This document shows positions 40,820-54,600 of a DNA stretch of 64,000 nucleotides, one piece after another (position 1 is the stretch's first letter; each line of letters starts with the position of its first letter). A model generated the notes under the pieces. The model was given only the letters and a program-made list of their open reading frames with translations, was not told the DNA's origin and searched no databases. Source of the stretch: Eledone cirrhosa (lineage: Eukaryota). Both the position numbers and the translations under genes were made by a program. Location of the stretch: positions 44,640,001 through 44,704,000 of the forward strand of contig OZ024745.1 in NCBI GenBank assembly GCA_964016885.1, written 5' to 3'.

Positions 40820-41444
40820 AAAATAGAAAGATAGAGAGTGAGAAGAAGAAATAATGGAAAAAACTTTTTTTTAGAAAAAACACGTGTGTATTCAGTCAAC
40901 CATTTTGTAATGTTTTGGAATATAAGAATGTGTGTTTAGAATATCATACTACTTAAAACATTCAAACATTAACTAGAAGAGCACTCAATATGTGTAAGTA
41001 CAGTCATTTTATTTTCTAAGAAAAATGACAGTGACTTCGAAGTTTCACTTTGGTCACTTTATCTAGTTCTCTATATGTATAGAAAGAGAGAGAATCAGGT
41101 CAGGTTTGTGCCTGCTACTAGTACCATGTAACCCAGTACAAACAGATTTATGGTCAGGTGGTTGGTGATTAAACTGATTCCCCACCAGACATTGGTCTGA
41201 TGAAGAGGGTAAGTGGAACACAAGCAGCACACAAAAAAAAAAGAGAGCTGTTATAGGGTGGATGAACTCCTTAAGGCCATCCATCCCAACTATGGGTTAA
41301 ATAGCCTCACCAACCTGCAATGGCCAAGCATGGAGGCAGAATGGTCCTCTGTCCCAGCAGCTCCAGAATCAGCATCCAAGGCAGCAGGAGGGAGGATGAA
41401 GAAGAGAGTGCTAAGAATCACTGGATTCAAACAGGCTGCCACTA

Positions 41445-42719
41445 AAATGTGAAAATCAGGACCTACAATGCAAGGACACTCTCATCAGATCAGTACATAA
41501 CAGACCTAGAAATGTAGCTTTCTAGGATCAAGTTTGACATCATTGGAATTAGTGAGATGAGAAGAAAGGGTGAAGAGTGCATCACATTCTGTGACAGCAG
41601 CCACAATCTAAACTACAGAGATGATGATACAGTGAACACTGGAGTTGGTTTTGTCATAAGTACATTGCTGGAAACATCACCAGCTTCAAGAGCTTATCTG
41701 ATAGAGTAACACAACTAACCATCAAGATTAACAGCAAGTACCACCTGAACATCATTCAAGTTTATTTATCAACAATAGTCACCCAGACGAGGAGGTGGAA
41801 AAAGTCTACGAAAACATTGACAGCCCCTAAATAGCAGCAGGACCCACATTAATATTGTCATAGGAGATTTTAATGGCCCATATACGACAAGAATTGGGGA
41901 TGCTCAATGCTATCCACACTGTGAGCCAACCAGTAGGCCTTAACATCCATCTTGGAAAAACCAAGGTCATGTTTAATAGCCATGCAAAACCATCACCAGT
42001 TATTGTAAATGGAAAGACCATTGAGGAAGTAGAGTTATGTGTACCTTCTTCGCCCACTTATTCCTGAGAGGGTCGTGGGGGCAGAGTCCTCAATCAGTCC
42101 TTCCAGCAGGTCCTGTTAGAAGCAACCATCTCCAACTGGATCCCCAAGCGTGACCAGCGAAGCTCATGGATGTTATCCTAGGGAAGAAAATTACAAGAGA
42201 TGGGGCCCTACTTCCGAAAGTCAAAAGTAGGATTGTTTTTGGGTGGGTGGCTTTTAGAAAAGTTTATGACATCATTAGAAGTCACAAATCAACAATCAAA
42301 ACCAAAAGAAAGCTGTTTAATAAGTTCTGCTGGTGATGAATTTTGGAAGTGAGATGTGGGCACTCAATACCACCACTAGAGACTCTTGCAGTGGCTTAAA
42401 GTAAAATGTAATGAATCATGCTCAGTATCACCTTACGAGACAGGAAGACCAACCCCTGGATTTGCCAGCAGGTTGGCATGAAAGACATAATTAAGACCAT
42501 CAAGAAGCGCAAACATAGATGGGCTGGCCATGTTGCGTTTCAGAGACAACAGTCAGACTATTAGAGTGACAAAATGGACGCCAAGGCAGTGGAGAAGATT
42601 TGACCTGATAACTTGGCCCCGCATGGTCCAATATGTCCTGAGATAGGAAGCAGAGAACGTTAATCAGGGAGGGGTTCCTCCAACAGGAGTGAGAAGGCCC
42701 TGGATTTTATATTTTGGAT
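41445..42719 (+). mobile_element. Older, internally deleted RTE-type LINE (APE endonuclease plus RT C-terminal remnants)
   Basis: Remnants TYNARTLS...FDIIGISEMRRKG, VGLNIHLGKTKVMFN and RWAGHVA, with stops and frameshifts. Confidence 0.8.
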
Positions 42720-44150
42720 CATCATCATCATCATCATCAGGTTTAGCGTCCATGTTCCACGCTTGCATGGGTTTGGACGGGGATTTTCCCACTTGAGGCA
42801 AGAGTGGTTGTCTTGCTCGCATAGGACTGTCTGGCGGGTTTTCTACAGCTGGATGCCCTTCCTAACACCAACCACATTTACAGTGTGGGGCTGGGAGGTG
42901 TTTACCGTGTTGCCTACACGGCCACATTACAGCGTGGACTGTGTGTTTTTTTGTCGTGACACCTACACGATCTCATTTGTTTCGGCCTGGATGTTGTGGG
43001 ACCAACATAACTTTACATTGAAAGAGGCGGTGTAGATGGGGTGGAGGTGGTGGGACGGGGCTGTGTTTTGATAGAGATGCCTACTGACTGTAGTAGGTTT
43101 TTACTTTGTATTTAGGTAAGGCGGGTCTTCTCTATTACTGAGTACCGCCAAAGGTCTCGGTCCAATGACATTGTCTTGGAGAGGTGTAAGCGTGTGAGGT
43201 CGGAATTTATCATGTCGTCCCAGGTTTTTCTGGGTCTGCCTACTCCGTGGCTACCGTCTATCTTTATTGCCCTGCACTTTGTCATACAGCTGTCGTCTTT
43301 CATGCGCATCACGTGTCCATACCAACGTAGCCTTCTCTCGAGTAAACAACATCTGATCCCTCTTATTTCTAATTTTTCCCTTAGTTCGTTTATGCTTAGC
43401 CGTTCACGTATATTACTATTGCACATCCAGCGGAGCATGCAAGCTTCGTTCCTCTGTAGTCTGCGTATATCCTCTGCACACAATGCCCAGGTCTCACTGC
43501 CATGCAACATTGCTGTTCGTATGCAGGCATCGTATAACCTGCCTTTCATTTTTAGGGAGAACCCTTTAGTGGCTAATAGTGGTATAAGCTCTCTGAACTT
43601 TTTCCATCCAGTTCTGACACTAGCTACTGAACTTTCAGAGCACCCTCCCCCACTGCTGATTTTGTCACCCAGGTAACGGAAGCTGTCCACTATTTCTATA
43701 GAACCCTCTGCGCAATTGAAAGAGCTAGTATTTTGTGGGCACTTGCTGCTACTTATTGCACCAGAGCACCGGCCACATGTAAAATCTATGTTCTTAGTTA
43801 GCTTACCTGTGATCCCACTACATCTTTTATGCACCCATACTTTGCATTGGGGACATAAAATGGAGTTTCTACCTACGCCTTTCCTACACACTGAGCATGG
43901 CCATTTCCCGGAAGGGACCGCCGCCTTATTTTCTTTCCTACAAACTAAAACTTTAGTCTTAGCCAGGTTAATTTTAAGGCCTTTTGATTCTAGGCCGTGC
44001 TTCCATGTTTGGAATTTCTTCTCTAGTTCGGTCATTGATTCAGCTATGAGCGTTAGATCATCTGTGTATAGGAGTTCCCATGGGCAGCCGGTCTTGAACT
44101 CCTCTGTTATAGCCTGAAGGGCAATAATAAATAGTAGGGGGCTAAGAACA
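42720..44150 (-). mobile_element. 5'-truncated RTE-type LINE with RT C-terminal half (YTDD), PHD finger and (GAT)n tail
   Basis: Open frame from GCPWELLYTDDLTLIAES through the 307-aa ORF; FRYLG and RWYGH motifs. Confidence 0.93.
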
Positions 44151-44914
44151 ATATTCTTTTAGAAAAGTTTATAACATCATTAGAAGTCCCAAATCAAAAG
44201 CAAAAGAAAGCTGTTTAATGAATAAGTTCTGCTGGTGATGACTTTTGGAAGTGAGATGTGGGCACTTCAACAGGGGTGAGAAGGCCCTGGATTTTATATT
44301 TTGGATATATATAATATTCTTTATTGCGGTCAAGTAATGTGTATTCTCTGATACACAGATGAAACTCCATAGCAACAAAACTCATCACTTAGCTATAATA
44401 AAACATATTATTCAACTCTACTTTGGGATTGAGTACTCATTCTCATGCATACAGTATGAAACGAATAGGGAGAGGACAGTAGCCTGCACCATCTCCCTAT
44501 ACTCCATCTTAATATTCTCCGATCCCCTTCCCGCATACTTAACCCCCACCCATTATCTAGGTATCCCCACTGATTTCCTCTAACCGCATTCTGTATATTC
44601 AACCCCCATTGCCACCTTGTCTAGTACATCCAACAGCTCCCGTCCCACCCTGTTAGTCCAACACCTACCAGCATGGAAAAGAAACCCTAATCTACATCAA
44701 AATACAAAGATGGATGCACCCCATCGTTCAGCCCATTCCAACATGGAAAGCCAGACATTTAAAAGTGCCTCCTCCATTATACAGTGGTGGCCATGAAACC
44801 AATGGTAGCACATACACGTCAAGTGTATGAAACTTTGTTTATACTAAATAAGCTCCATTCCAACAGATTGAGCAGTTTTCCTTGATCTTTAATCTTCGGA
44901 TTTATACCAACGTG

Positions 44915-44952
<38 letters not shown>

Positions 44953-45431
44953 TATATATGTATATTATATATATATAGTGTTCATTTGTATTTCTTTCAA
45001 CAAACAAGTTGGCCGTTGTACGACGTCTTTAACAAAAATCTTCCGCACCGCAAAAGAAATTGATATCTTCTTCAATTTAACAAAGTGGAAATGGCAGGTT
45101 TATAAACATGTATGAAAATACGAGATTATCATTGCTAGAACAACTTTTCATCAGATCTGCTTCCACTATGACGAAACATAAGTAAGGGAAAAGCCGGGGT
45201 ACTTTAATTGAATTCAAATCTCGTTTTCTTTTTTGTTTCGCTTTTATTATTAAACCTAGTATTCACCGGATGTGTATACATATATATATTTTAAATTGCA
45301 AGTATAAGCTTAGCATGTTTGCCTAAAAATATTTTGTTCAGAAAATGGAAATAATTTAAAGAAAAAACTTATGAATTAAAGGTATGACCCCCCAGCCCTA
45401 CTACACACACATATACATAGAAAGTTGTTTA

Positions 45432-45510
45432 GCCGGAAGTGACCCTTTGCACGTGAGCGGATGTGACCCTTTACTCTAAGTTATTGCGGATGTTACCCTT
45501 TACTCTAACT
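45432..45510 (+). promoter_or_regulatory. Putative NELFCD promoter: three copies of CGGAWGTKACCCTTT (ETS core) with an E-box
   Basis: ccggaagtgaccctttg, gcggatgtgacccttta and gcggatgttacccttta, with CACGTG at 45450-45455, 130-210 nt upstream of the ATG. Confidence 0.6.
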
Positions 45511-45641
45511 AGCCGCGAATCTGAATTACAAGAACTGTTCTTGTCATATCTAGAGAACTTACTACGGTTATAGATCTCTTGTTTTTTTTTTTTATACATT
45601 TATTCAGAGTGTTCTGTGGAAGAATCAGCTATCTCCCGAGA

Positions 45642-45683
45642 ATGGCTGAAGAAGCTTACGAAATTGAGTGGGACGATGAGACG
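45642..45683 (+). CDS. NELFCD: NELFCD coding exon 1 ([14 protein letters not shown])
   Basis: Strong Kozak context agaATGg; donor ACG|gttcgt; phase 0 fits the next exon. Confidence 0.8.
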
Positions 45684-48600
45684 GTTCGTACACCGAAACT
45701 GTTCAATTATTGTTATATTTTAAAGAAGTTTCAATCTAAAATCATAACAAAATCAAACTCCTACCAGGGAGTAAATTTTTTTTTTTTTTTGCTTTGTTGA
45801 TTGTATTTTCCTTCATTGAATTTTATGTTTATTATATTCCGAGAAAAGCATAAGACATTTTCCCTCCAATAAATCTAAAACCCTGTGCTTCTAAGAATTT
45901 AATAACATTCGAGTCTCGTAGTAAAACTTGCTATCGAATTTAAAATTAGTCTTAAGAAATAGTAGTAGGTCTACTAACTGTTTAGATAGTAATAATATAC
46001 AATATAAAACCGATCGAATTATGATTTGTTGACAGTATATTATAAAGTAAAGAGTCTAATTGTATGCAGTCTTCAGGTGCCCCTAAACAAATGAGTACTT
46101 GGAGATATATTTATAACAATAATCTTCTAATTTAAGTTTATACTTCTCTTACTATAATATTTATTTTCCTTTCACTTTTGTGGGTGTTTATTTTTCGTTA
46201 ATTTTGAAAATATAAAGTACGAATATTTTAAAAAACATCTTTATGTAAAATACTAACATCCACACATGGCATGGACACAGCATATACAGACGATATTACA
46301 AATAATACAACAAATCTAGTTTTAGTTTAAAAACATCGGCATATTCAGTCCTATTTTAGGGTTCCATTAAAGGGAAAGTGAATTTCCAGATGGAGAATCA
46401 AAAACAGCTCTAGCCACTCTAGTTGTATATAAATATCATTTAACAGTATCGCAAGAAAATTAGAAATTGAAAATCGGTGATACGTTATTTTCGGCAAATA
46501 TTGTATGATAGTTACTAACCAGATGATGATAGCTTAAACTTCTTGCTTTTAATTTTCAAAACAGTTTTTATTATTGTCTAGTTTTTACCATGATAAAAAG
46601 TTATTTGAATCCTAACTGTGCATTCCTTATATACAAATGGCATTCTATTATTTTCCATTTGCCTAATGTTAGTGTTGTGTAGTTGCTAAAACGCCAAATA
46701 AGGGTTAACACGAGTGGGTATTCACAGTTAAAACTGAACATGCAGCAAGCATTTAAAGGCTTTTATTCTTTGCTAAAACAAGTGTTAGCTTTGCTGACCC
46801 TATGGAAGGATCCAGGGGTCCTTTTTAACGCAGTGTTTTACAACTAGATGCCCTTCTTGGTGCCAACCTTTTTAGTTGCCTCTTAGGATATGCAAAGATA
46901 TGGTGTACCTATTCTATACTGGATGCACACGGCATCACAACATGCGTGAATGAAATTCACAACAAATGGAAAGAATCATTAAATGTTTTGAAAGATAAGT
47001 GCTCATATTTTCAAATGTATATATATATATACATATACTGAGATTCTAAGAATAATTACATTTAATTACTGATTGAGTTATAAATTTTACTGCTGTTTTA
47101 AAATAAGTTATGATGAAATTATTTCAGGGCTCACCAATGCAAGAAAATGATGATGAAGATGAAAGAGTTCAGGAAGAATGTTTAAATGTCCTTTCAACAG
47201 ATGATAGTATAATGGAACCTGGAGTTTTTCAAGTATTAAAAAGGTAAAAAAACATCATATCATCATTGTCATTATTTAGTGTTTGTCTTCCCTGCTAGCA
47301 AGGGTTGGATGGGTCTTTACAGACTGAGTTAATACTCAAGTGAAACTACTGACCTCTCAGTTGAGCCAGCGGCCTACATCTTGATTACACGTGCTCTACT
47401 GAGTGCATTTTATTGTAGCACCAGCTCTATGGAGGTTGTCATGTCTTTGACACAGCTGAAGAGTCCTGAGGAAACTGCATCAACTACTGAAATAGAAAAG
47501 TTAACAAAATGGAATAAGTTAATTTGTAGAGAGGACCCTTCAGTTATGTCAAAGGCATAACACCCTCTCTGAGCTGGTGCCATAATATAATGAACCCATA
47601 CACTGTAAAGTGACTGGTGTTAGCAAGGGCCTCCATCTGTATAAACCATGCAAAATACCAACACACATCTAGGTGAATGGTAGCTCCAGCTATGTACTCA
47701 TTTGGTCTAACGATCTGCCCAAACCATGTTAGCAGATGTAAAATGATGGTGATGAGGAAGAGAAGTCTAACATTTTGAATACAACATTTGCCCAAAATGT
47801 AAAACTTTTCTTCCTTCTGACATACTTATTCCGCTTAGGGAGCTTTTTGTATTATGCAGGTAGTCTACAGATAGTAAATTATTTTTGTTATATAAGTGGT
47901 GTCACAATAAGTTGCACCTAGTACACTCTGTAAAATGTTGGCACTGGTGTTACAATAAGATTCACTCAGTACACTTAGTGGCAACTGTGGCTGTGATAAA
48001 ATGCACCCAGGAAAGTGTTAGTGCTGGTTCCATATTATGATACACTCAGTAAATTGTGGCTATGATAAAATGCACCCAGTACCCTTTGTAAAGTGTTAGT
48101 GCTGATTCCATGATAAGATGCCACTGACCTCTCAGATGGGCTAGGGGCCTGCATCTTACATATGTTTCCTGCTCTCTAGATCCTTTTTTATGCCTTCTAT
48201 GGTTAGATGACCTTCCTATCTACTTTACAGAGTGTACTGGGTGCATTTTTCATCACCAGTCATATAAATAGAAAAGAAATCTATTGAAGTATAATGTTTC
48301 TATACTATTAATGCTTATATTAAGAACTAATATATGAAGTACTAGTCAAATACTGAGGTCAATATCAACTTCCCCCTCCCCACGAATTGTAGGCCTTGTA
48401 CTTAGATTTGAAATCATCATTATTATTACTATTATTTTTTAATTAACAGCTTTTAATTTATGTTATATTTAATATATTTTCTTGATATAGATTTCTTCAG
48501 GCAGGAGGATCTCCAGAACGTGTAGTAGAGTTGCTTTCTAATAATTATATAGCTGTGGCCCAATGTGTTAACTTATTGGCTGAGTGGCTTATTCTTGTTG

Positions 48601-51600
48601 GTGAGTAGTTGGAATATTCATTCATTATCATTTGATTTGTTAGTTTTGTACCAGCTGTACTACTGTAAACATTAGCATAAGCTGCAGGGTATCTGCAGTT
48701 CAGATAGATCCATAGAAGTGGATATCTTTTGTTTCATAAGGTAGTTGGAAAGACTCTTTAGCTGTGTCAAAGACATGACAACCTCCCTAGTGCTGGTGTC
48801 ACAATAAAATGCATTTGGTAGAACGCAAGATTGAATGTAAAGGAGTTGCAAGTTCCCAGCCCATCAGCAGTGTCTACCTCCATTTAAGTACCTCTTTGGT
48901 CTGCAGTCTGCTGATGACTCGTCCAACTCTTGCTAGCAAGAAAAGCAGACAATAAATGATGATGATGTAGTAAGCTTGTTGCTAGAATTGAACAATTATT
49001 CATTTAGTAATTGTTAATTAAGTGGTATTCAATGGATGTTGAAGAAATACGCCAATATCATCATCATCATTTAATGTTTGTTTTCCCTGCTAACTAGGGT
49101 TGGATAAGCTACAAACTTCTCAGAAGAGCTGGAGACCTACATTATGCTTATATATGTTCCCACACTTTACAGAGTGCACTGGGTGCATTTTGTCATGACA
49201 TCAACACTAGGGAAGTTGTCATACCTTTGACACAAAAACAGATTTTATTTCCGCACCAAAGCTCTTTCTATGAAAGAAAGCCACCCATTTTAAAGGGTTC
49301 TTATTTAAATTAAAACCTTCCAACATAATTTAATGTTGCAACCTTTTCATTATTATTGTTTTTATGTCTGCTTTCCCTATCAGCTTCAGTTGGACATGTC
49401 ACATTCTGAGGGTTGACTGGTCAGGTTACTATGCCGTGCTCATACATTCCATTTTTTACATGGTTGCCTCTTACAATGCACAAAGATACAGTGTAATGAT
49501 TCTAAAAACTAAGATATAGGATCAAATTTGTATTTCATCTCTACGAAAGAAAAGAGCTGTTTTGACTTAATCTATTTCTGATATATTAATTTAATTTAAT
49601 AACATTCTTTAGTTGTTTGAAAGAATGTCGGACTCTTAGGAAGTGGTTTGCTTAACTCTTCATTAAAATGGAAATAGCAAACATTGACACTAATATTAGC
49701 AAAGTTAAACAACTGTCAAGCTTCATTAGATTCCATAATAAATAGTTACATCATATTGTAGTCATCTATTCTGTGAAGGGGTTCTGTAATTTTAATAACT
49801 CTAACATTGTGTCAGCACATAGGAAACAGATCAGTTTATTTAGTAAAATGTTTGGTGTTTTTCAGCTAAAATAATATATGATGCGTATAATTTATAAGTA
49901 TATTTTATTTTGGTTCATAGGTGCTGATTACAAGGAAGTCCAGGAGAGGGTTGAAACATATCTGAAAGAAATGATTTTAAAATGTTTTGACCCAAAGAAA
50001 GCTGATTCCATTTTCTCAGTTGAAGGAGAGGTAAATGAACTCTTCTAATATCAATTATACATTTTTCCTTTATTAAGTTAATTGTTTCAATACTACATCA
50101 TCATCACCATATAATGTCTATGCTTGCATGGGTTAGACAGGTTGTCATGTTATGAGACTGGATCAGTCAGGTAACCTAATCTGTTTCATACATTCTGTCT
50201 TTATCTTGGTGTTCTACAAATGGATGCTCTTCTTAACGCTAGCCACTTTACAGCATGTATTTGGAGCGTTATTCGTGGCAACAGCACTATCACCTTACAG
50301 GATGGACTGGCTGCTTTTTATTGTGGCACCAGCATGACTATCTTATGGGGTGTACTGGATACTTTTAGTTGTGGTTCCAGCATGATGACTTTATAGGATG
50401 GACTGGGTGTTTTTTGTCATGACACCAGCACTACTACCTTACTGTGTAGATTGTGTGCTTTTGTCATGGCATGGGGGTACTTAACTCTGGTTTCTATAGC
50501 ATTATGCAAACACAACCACTCTTGCCAAGAGTAATGTCAGAAAATGTCAAATCTATCAGACAGCTGTCTCATTCTTAATATCTATTCTAATGATAAATCT
50601 TATGATATTTGGAATATGTTCATTTGCTTGGTAGCATTTCTTATAAATTCAAAAATATATATGTTGATTTTTTAAATCTATTTATCTAGGTCCCCTCATG
50701 GTTAGCAGAAATGGTTGAATTTTCTACTTGGCGGACATTATTTTATAAATTGGCTGAAGAATACCCTGACTGTCTTATGCTTAACTTTACCATCAAAGTA
50801 AGAAATACAATAATCTGTGTGCCTGAAATTCTCAACAGTTGGTGTATGTCTCATGGTATGTGTGTGTGAAATTTGAATGTATGACATACACTTGTACATA
50901 TATACACTAATATGGTCAGTCAACTCAATTAAATTCTTACATAATTTACATCAGGGGTCTCAAACATGTGGCTTGCAGGACGCATGTGGCCTGCAAACTA
51001 CTTCTCTATGTCCCATGGCAGAAAAAAACTTTGAGATTGTAAATGTAATAAAACTTTGAATTTTTCTTTTGTTTTCCTTGTTTTAATAATGTTTATAGTG
51101 CAATTTATTATGAAATTCAAGAAAATGGAAAAAATAGAATTTATCAAAAGTAAAAACGGAAAATGGAAAATTCATCTTACATTTTGTACTAATTCAACAT
51201 ATTTCACTTATACATAAATAGCATCTTATCAGCTGTGTTGCATTGTAGCTGGTAAAAATCATGTCCCCCTCTATTCTCTTTCTGTTTGCTGTAGCCATTC
51301 CCCTAGGATATAATGGCCCGTTTGAAACCCCTGATTTGCATAAAGACTTATTGGGCATTTATTTTCATTGCAAGTTGATATCCGATGCTGGCTACCAAGG
51401 GGAGATAACCTCAGTATCTACGGCATGTCACCAGATTGAGGTTTTCTCACGAGTGCTGAGAACATCAATCACTACATTCCTTGAAGGAGGAGAAGAAGCA
51501 CTGGACAAAAATTTACCAGAATTTACGGTAAAAAAATTTATATATTTATGTTTTGAATTCGTGAAATGTAATTTGTGTTTATCTATAGGATGTCTACTGC

Positions 51601-54600
51601 CAGATGGTTGAAACCTATACAAAAAATATAAAAGTTTCAAATGCTGTCCTATTGTAAATAGCTATAATAATAGTCAATCATTATAAGTAATAGTTGAGAA
51701 AATCGGGTAAAGTACCCCTGGAGATGGAAAAAATATAGGTACAGGCTTCTCTGGCCATCTTTTTCTCTCTTCAGATATACTTTAACTGATTTTCTCAGTT
51801 ATTATTTATAGTCATTTGCGTTAGGGCACTACATTAAAAATGTTTTTCTCAATGTTTCTTCAGTCAACCGGATGTTTATACTTCTATCTACAAGAGGGCA
51901 ACTGGAAGCCAGTGTCCTCTTAGTGTTGTGGTCAATGCACTTGCCCAGAATCTGAGAAATGCAGGATTTGATTCCTCACATGTGTCTTTGTCCACACTTT
52001 TCCCCTCTCCAGGGGTACTTCACCCTATTTTCTGTATTATCTACAACGAGCAACTATTATTATTGTCATTTAGGGCAGGGGATTGGCAGTATCAGTAGAA
52101 GGTCGGACGCCATGCTTTCCAGCATAGTTACGTCCCTTTACGGTCTGAGTTCAAATCCCGCCAAGGTTAACTTTGCCTTTCATCCTTAGGGTGTAGATAA
52201 ACTAAAGTACCAGTAATGCACTGGGTAATTGCTGGCCTTGTGCCAAAAGTAGAAACAATTATTGTCATTTATGCTGAGACGACTACATTTTAAATTTTCC
52301 CAGTGTTTTTTAAATCAACTAGATGTTTTTCAAAAAGATAAGAATTTACAATTTTCAAGCTGTTGAAATTTACTGATTTTCTTAAAGAAAATTCAGCTAT
52401 AAGGAATGGTGTAGGTTAGTGTTTAGTTGTCTACGTCATCATCATCGTTTAACATCGATGTTCCATGCTTGCAAGTGTTAGACTGATTGGCATGTTATAG
52501 GTCTAGCCAGGCCAAGTGACCACATCTAGCTCATACAGACCTATTTTTGACTTAATTTTCTATGGTTGAGTGCCCTTCCTCATGTCAATCATCATACAGC
52601 GTGTATTGATAGCTTTTCTTGTGTCACTGCTACTATCTTGTAGGGTAGACTAAGTGTTTTTGTCATGACACCAGTACTGTTGTTTGGGGTAAGAGAAAAT
52701 TAGTTCAATGAAACAGGATTTTATCCTGAAATATAAGAATTTTTAAAGAACTGCAAGGTAATCTCGTTATTGAATCTTTAACATTTACTGCTTCAAACAA
52801 AACACTATTTCCTTCACGTTACATAATGCTTTAAGCAAACTACAAAACCCACTTTGCTTATGATTGAGAAGTTATTTTACCCAAAAAAATGAATGTTGGA
52901 ATTTTCTTACTTGTTTTATTCCATTATTTAATTCTGTAATCAGTGAATAAAAATTGACAGAAAAAATGAAATACATCTGACATTTGTTATTTCAGAAAAT
53001 GGTGTGCCATGGTGAACATACCTATCTATACAGCCAAGTGTTGATGCAGTTGCTGTCACAAGAGATAAAAGGGGGATCAAACTTGAGACGGTTATGTCAA
53101 GAATTGCAGAAGTGTGCAAATGACAGGTAATATATTTCTTACAAGGTTAAAGCTATTGTTTACCAAATTTAATTGAATCTCTTCTTAGTACATTATCTTA
53201 CTATCTAGTAATACTAACCCTTTTAAGATGACTGGGCTTATTGTTTTTATGTTACAAAGGAGACAAGATTCGTCATTTCAAGAATTTATACAATATTATT
53301 TGTCTAGTGAGATTCATATAGTTTTATACACTATTTTAGATAACTCTTCTTTTTGTATCACATTAAAATGATTGTTTTTGTCAATGTAGAAGCATTAGTA
53401 AGCTTTGTCTTCAGAATGTTAAGAGCTGAAAATACCTACCGTGGTTATTTCATTGCTAAAGCACTGGAGATAATGAATTGTATTTTTTTAGCTCAAATTC
53501 ACCTATGGCTAAGTCTGTCAGAAATTGGGCTTTAATCATTTAGTTTCAACTCCTGTATTATACTTAAACACTTCACAATAGCAATGATACTTGTAAACAT
53601 TAACCATTTAGGGACTAAACTGTTGGCAGATCAAGAATTCAAAATATTCGTGTGTTGTTTCCTTGAGCAAGACACTTTATTTCACATTGCTCCAGTTGCT
53701 CAGCTGTAGAAATAAGATGATAGGGACTGGGGTCCATATCATTCCACTGCAAAGTGGTCGTGGAGGTGCCACGACAAAAAAGCACCCAGCACTCACTGTA
53801 AAGGAGGTTCGTGTTAGGAAGGGCATCCAGCTGTAGAAATCAAGCCAGAATCAGTTCCCGTCCCACCCTTGCAAGCAGGGAAAAAGCGGACGTAAAATGA
53901 AAATGAAATGATGATGAACACGGTAAAAAGGTCCAAGTCCACACTGTAAATGTGGTTGGTGTTAGAAAGGGCATCCAGCTATAGAAAACCTGCCAGATAG
54001 TCCTATATGAGTGAGACACGGTCACCCAATCAATCTTGCCTCAAGTGGGACAATTCCCGTCTAACCCATGCTAGCATGGAAGATAGACGTTAAATGATGA
54101 TGATCATGTTATGTTATTGTTTGGCCCCAGATCAACCCTAATCAAGCCTGTGATCAAACATGTTCCAGTCATACATAACCTTTTGTGGTGTGGTGTATCT
54201 AGGACTACACAATCTAATATTTCCTAGCACAAGGCATTTAGTTCATCATTTTACTGTTATTGACTTGTCCTCAGTTTAAAAAATAATTATACTATATATT
54301 ATTATATAGAATCATTTAATTCATATGTTGAAGATGTGTTATATAAGGTATTTCTCGTAAATACATCCAATAGGTATTGCAATTATATTTTCTACTAAGG
54401 CAGTGGATTGGCAATATCAGTGGAGGATTGGACAACATGCTTTGTAGTTTAGGGTTACAGCTCTTTACATTCTGAGTTCAAATCCTGCTGAGGTTAGCTT
54501 TGCCCTTCATCCTAATGGGGTCCATAAAATAAAGCATCAGTAATGCATTGGGGTTGATTTAATTGACTTTCCCTTCCTTCAAAATTGTTGGCCTTGTGCC

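Noticed and set aside
43176-44117. Plus-strand 166-aa and 133-aa ORFs
   Set aside because: They are antisense shadows of the LINE ORF.
45567-45607. 41-nt 5' UTR intron in NELFCD
   Set aside because: The donor is weak and the length is implausibly short; the true upstream donor is unresolved.
47137-47139. Second in-frame Met as a NELF-D-like alternative start
   Set aside because: The first ATG has a strong context and this one is weak; there is no sequence support.
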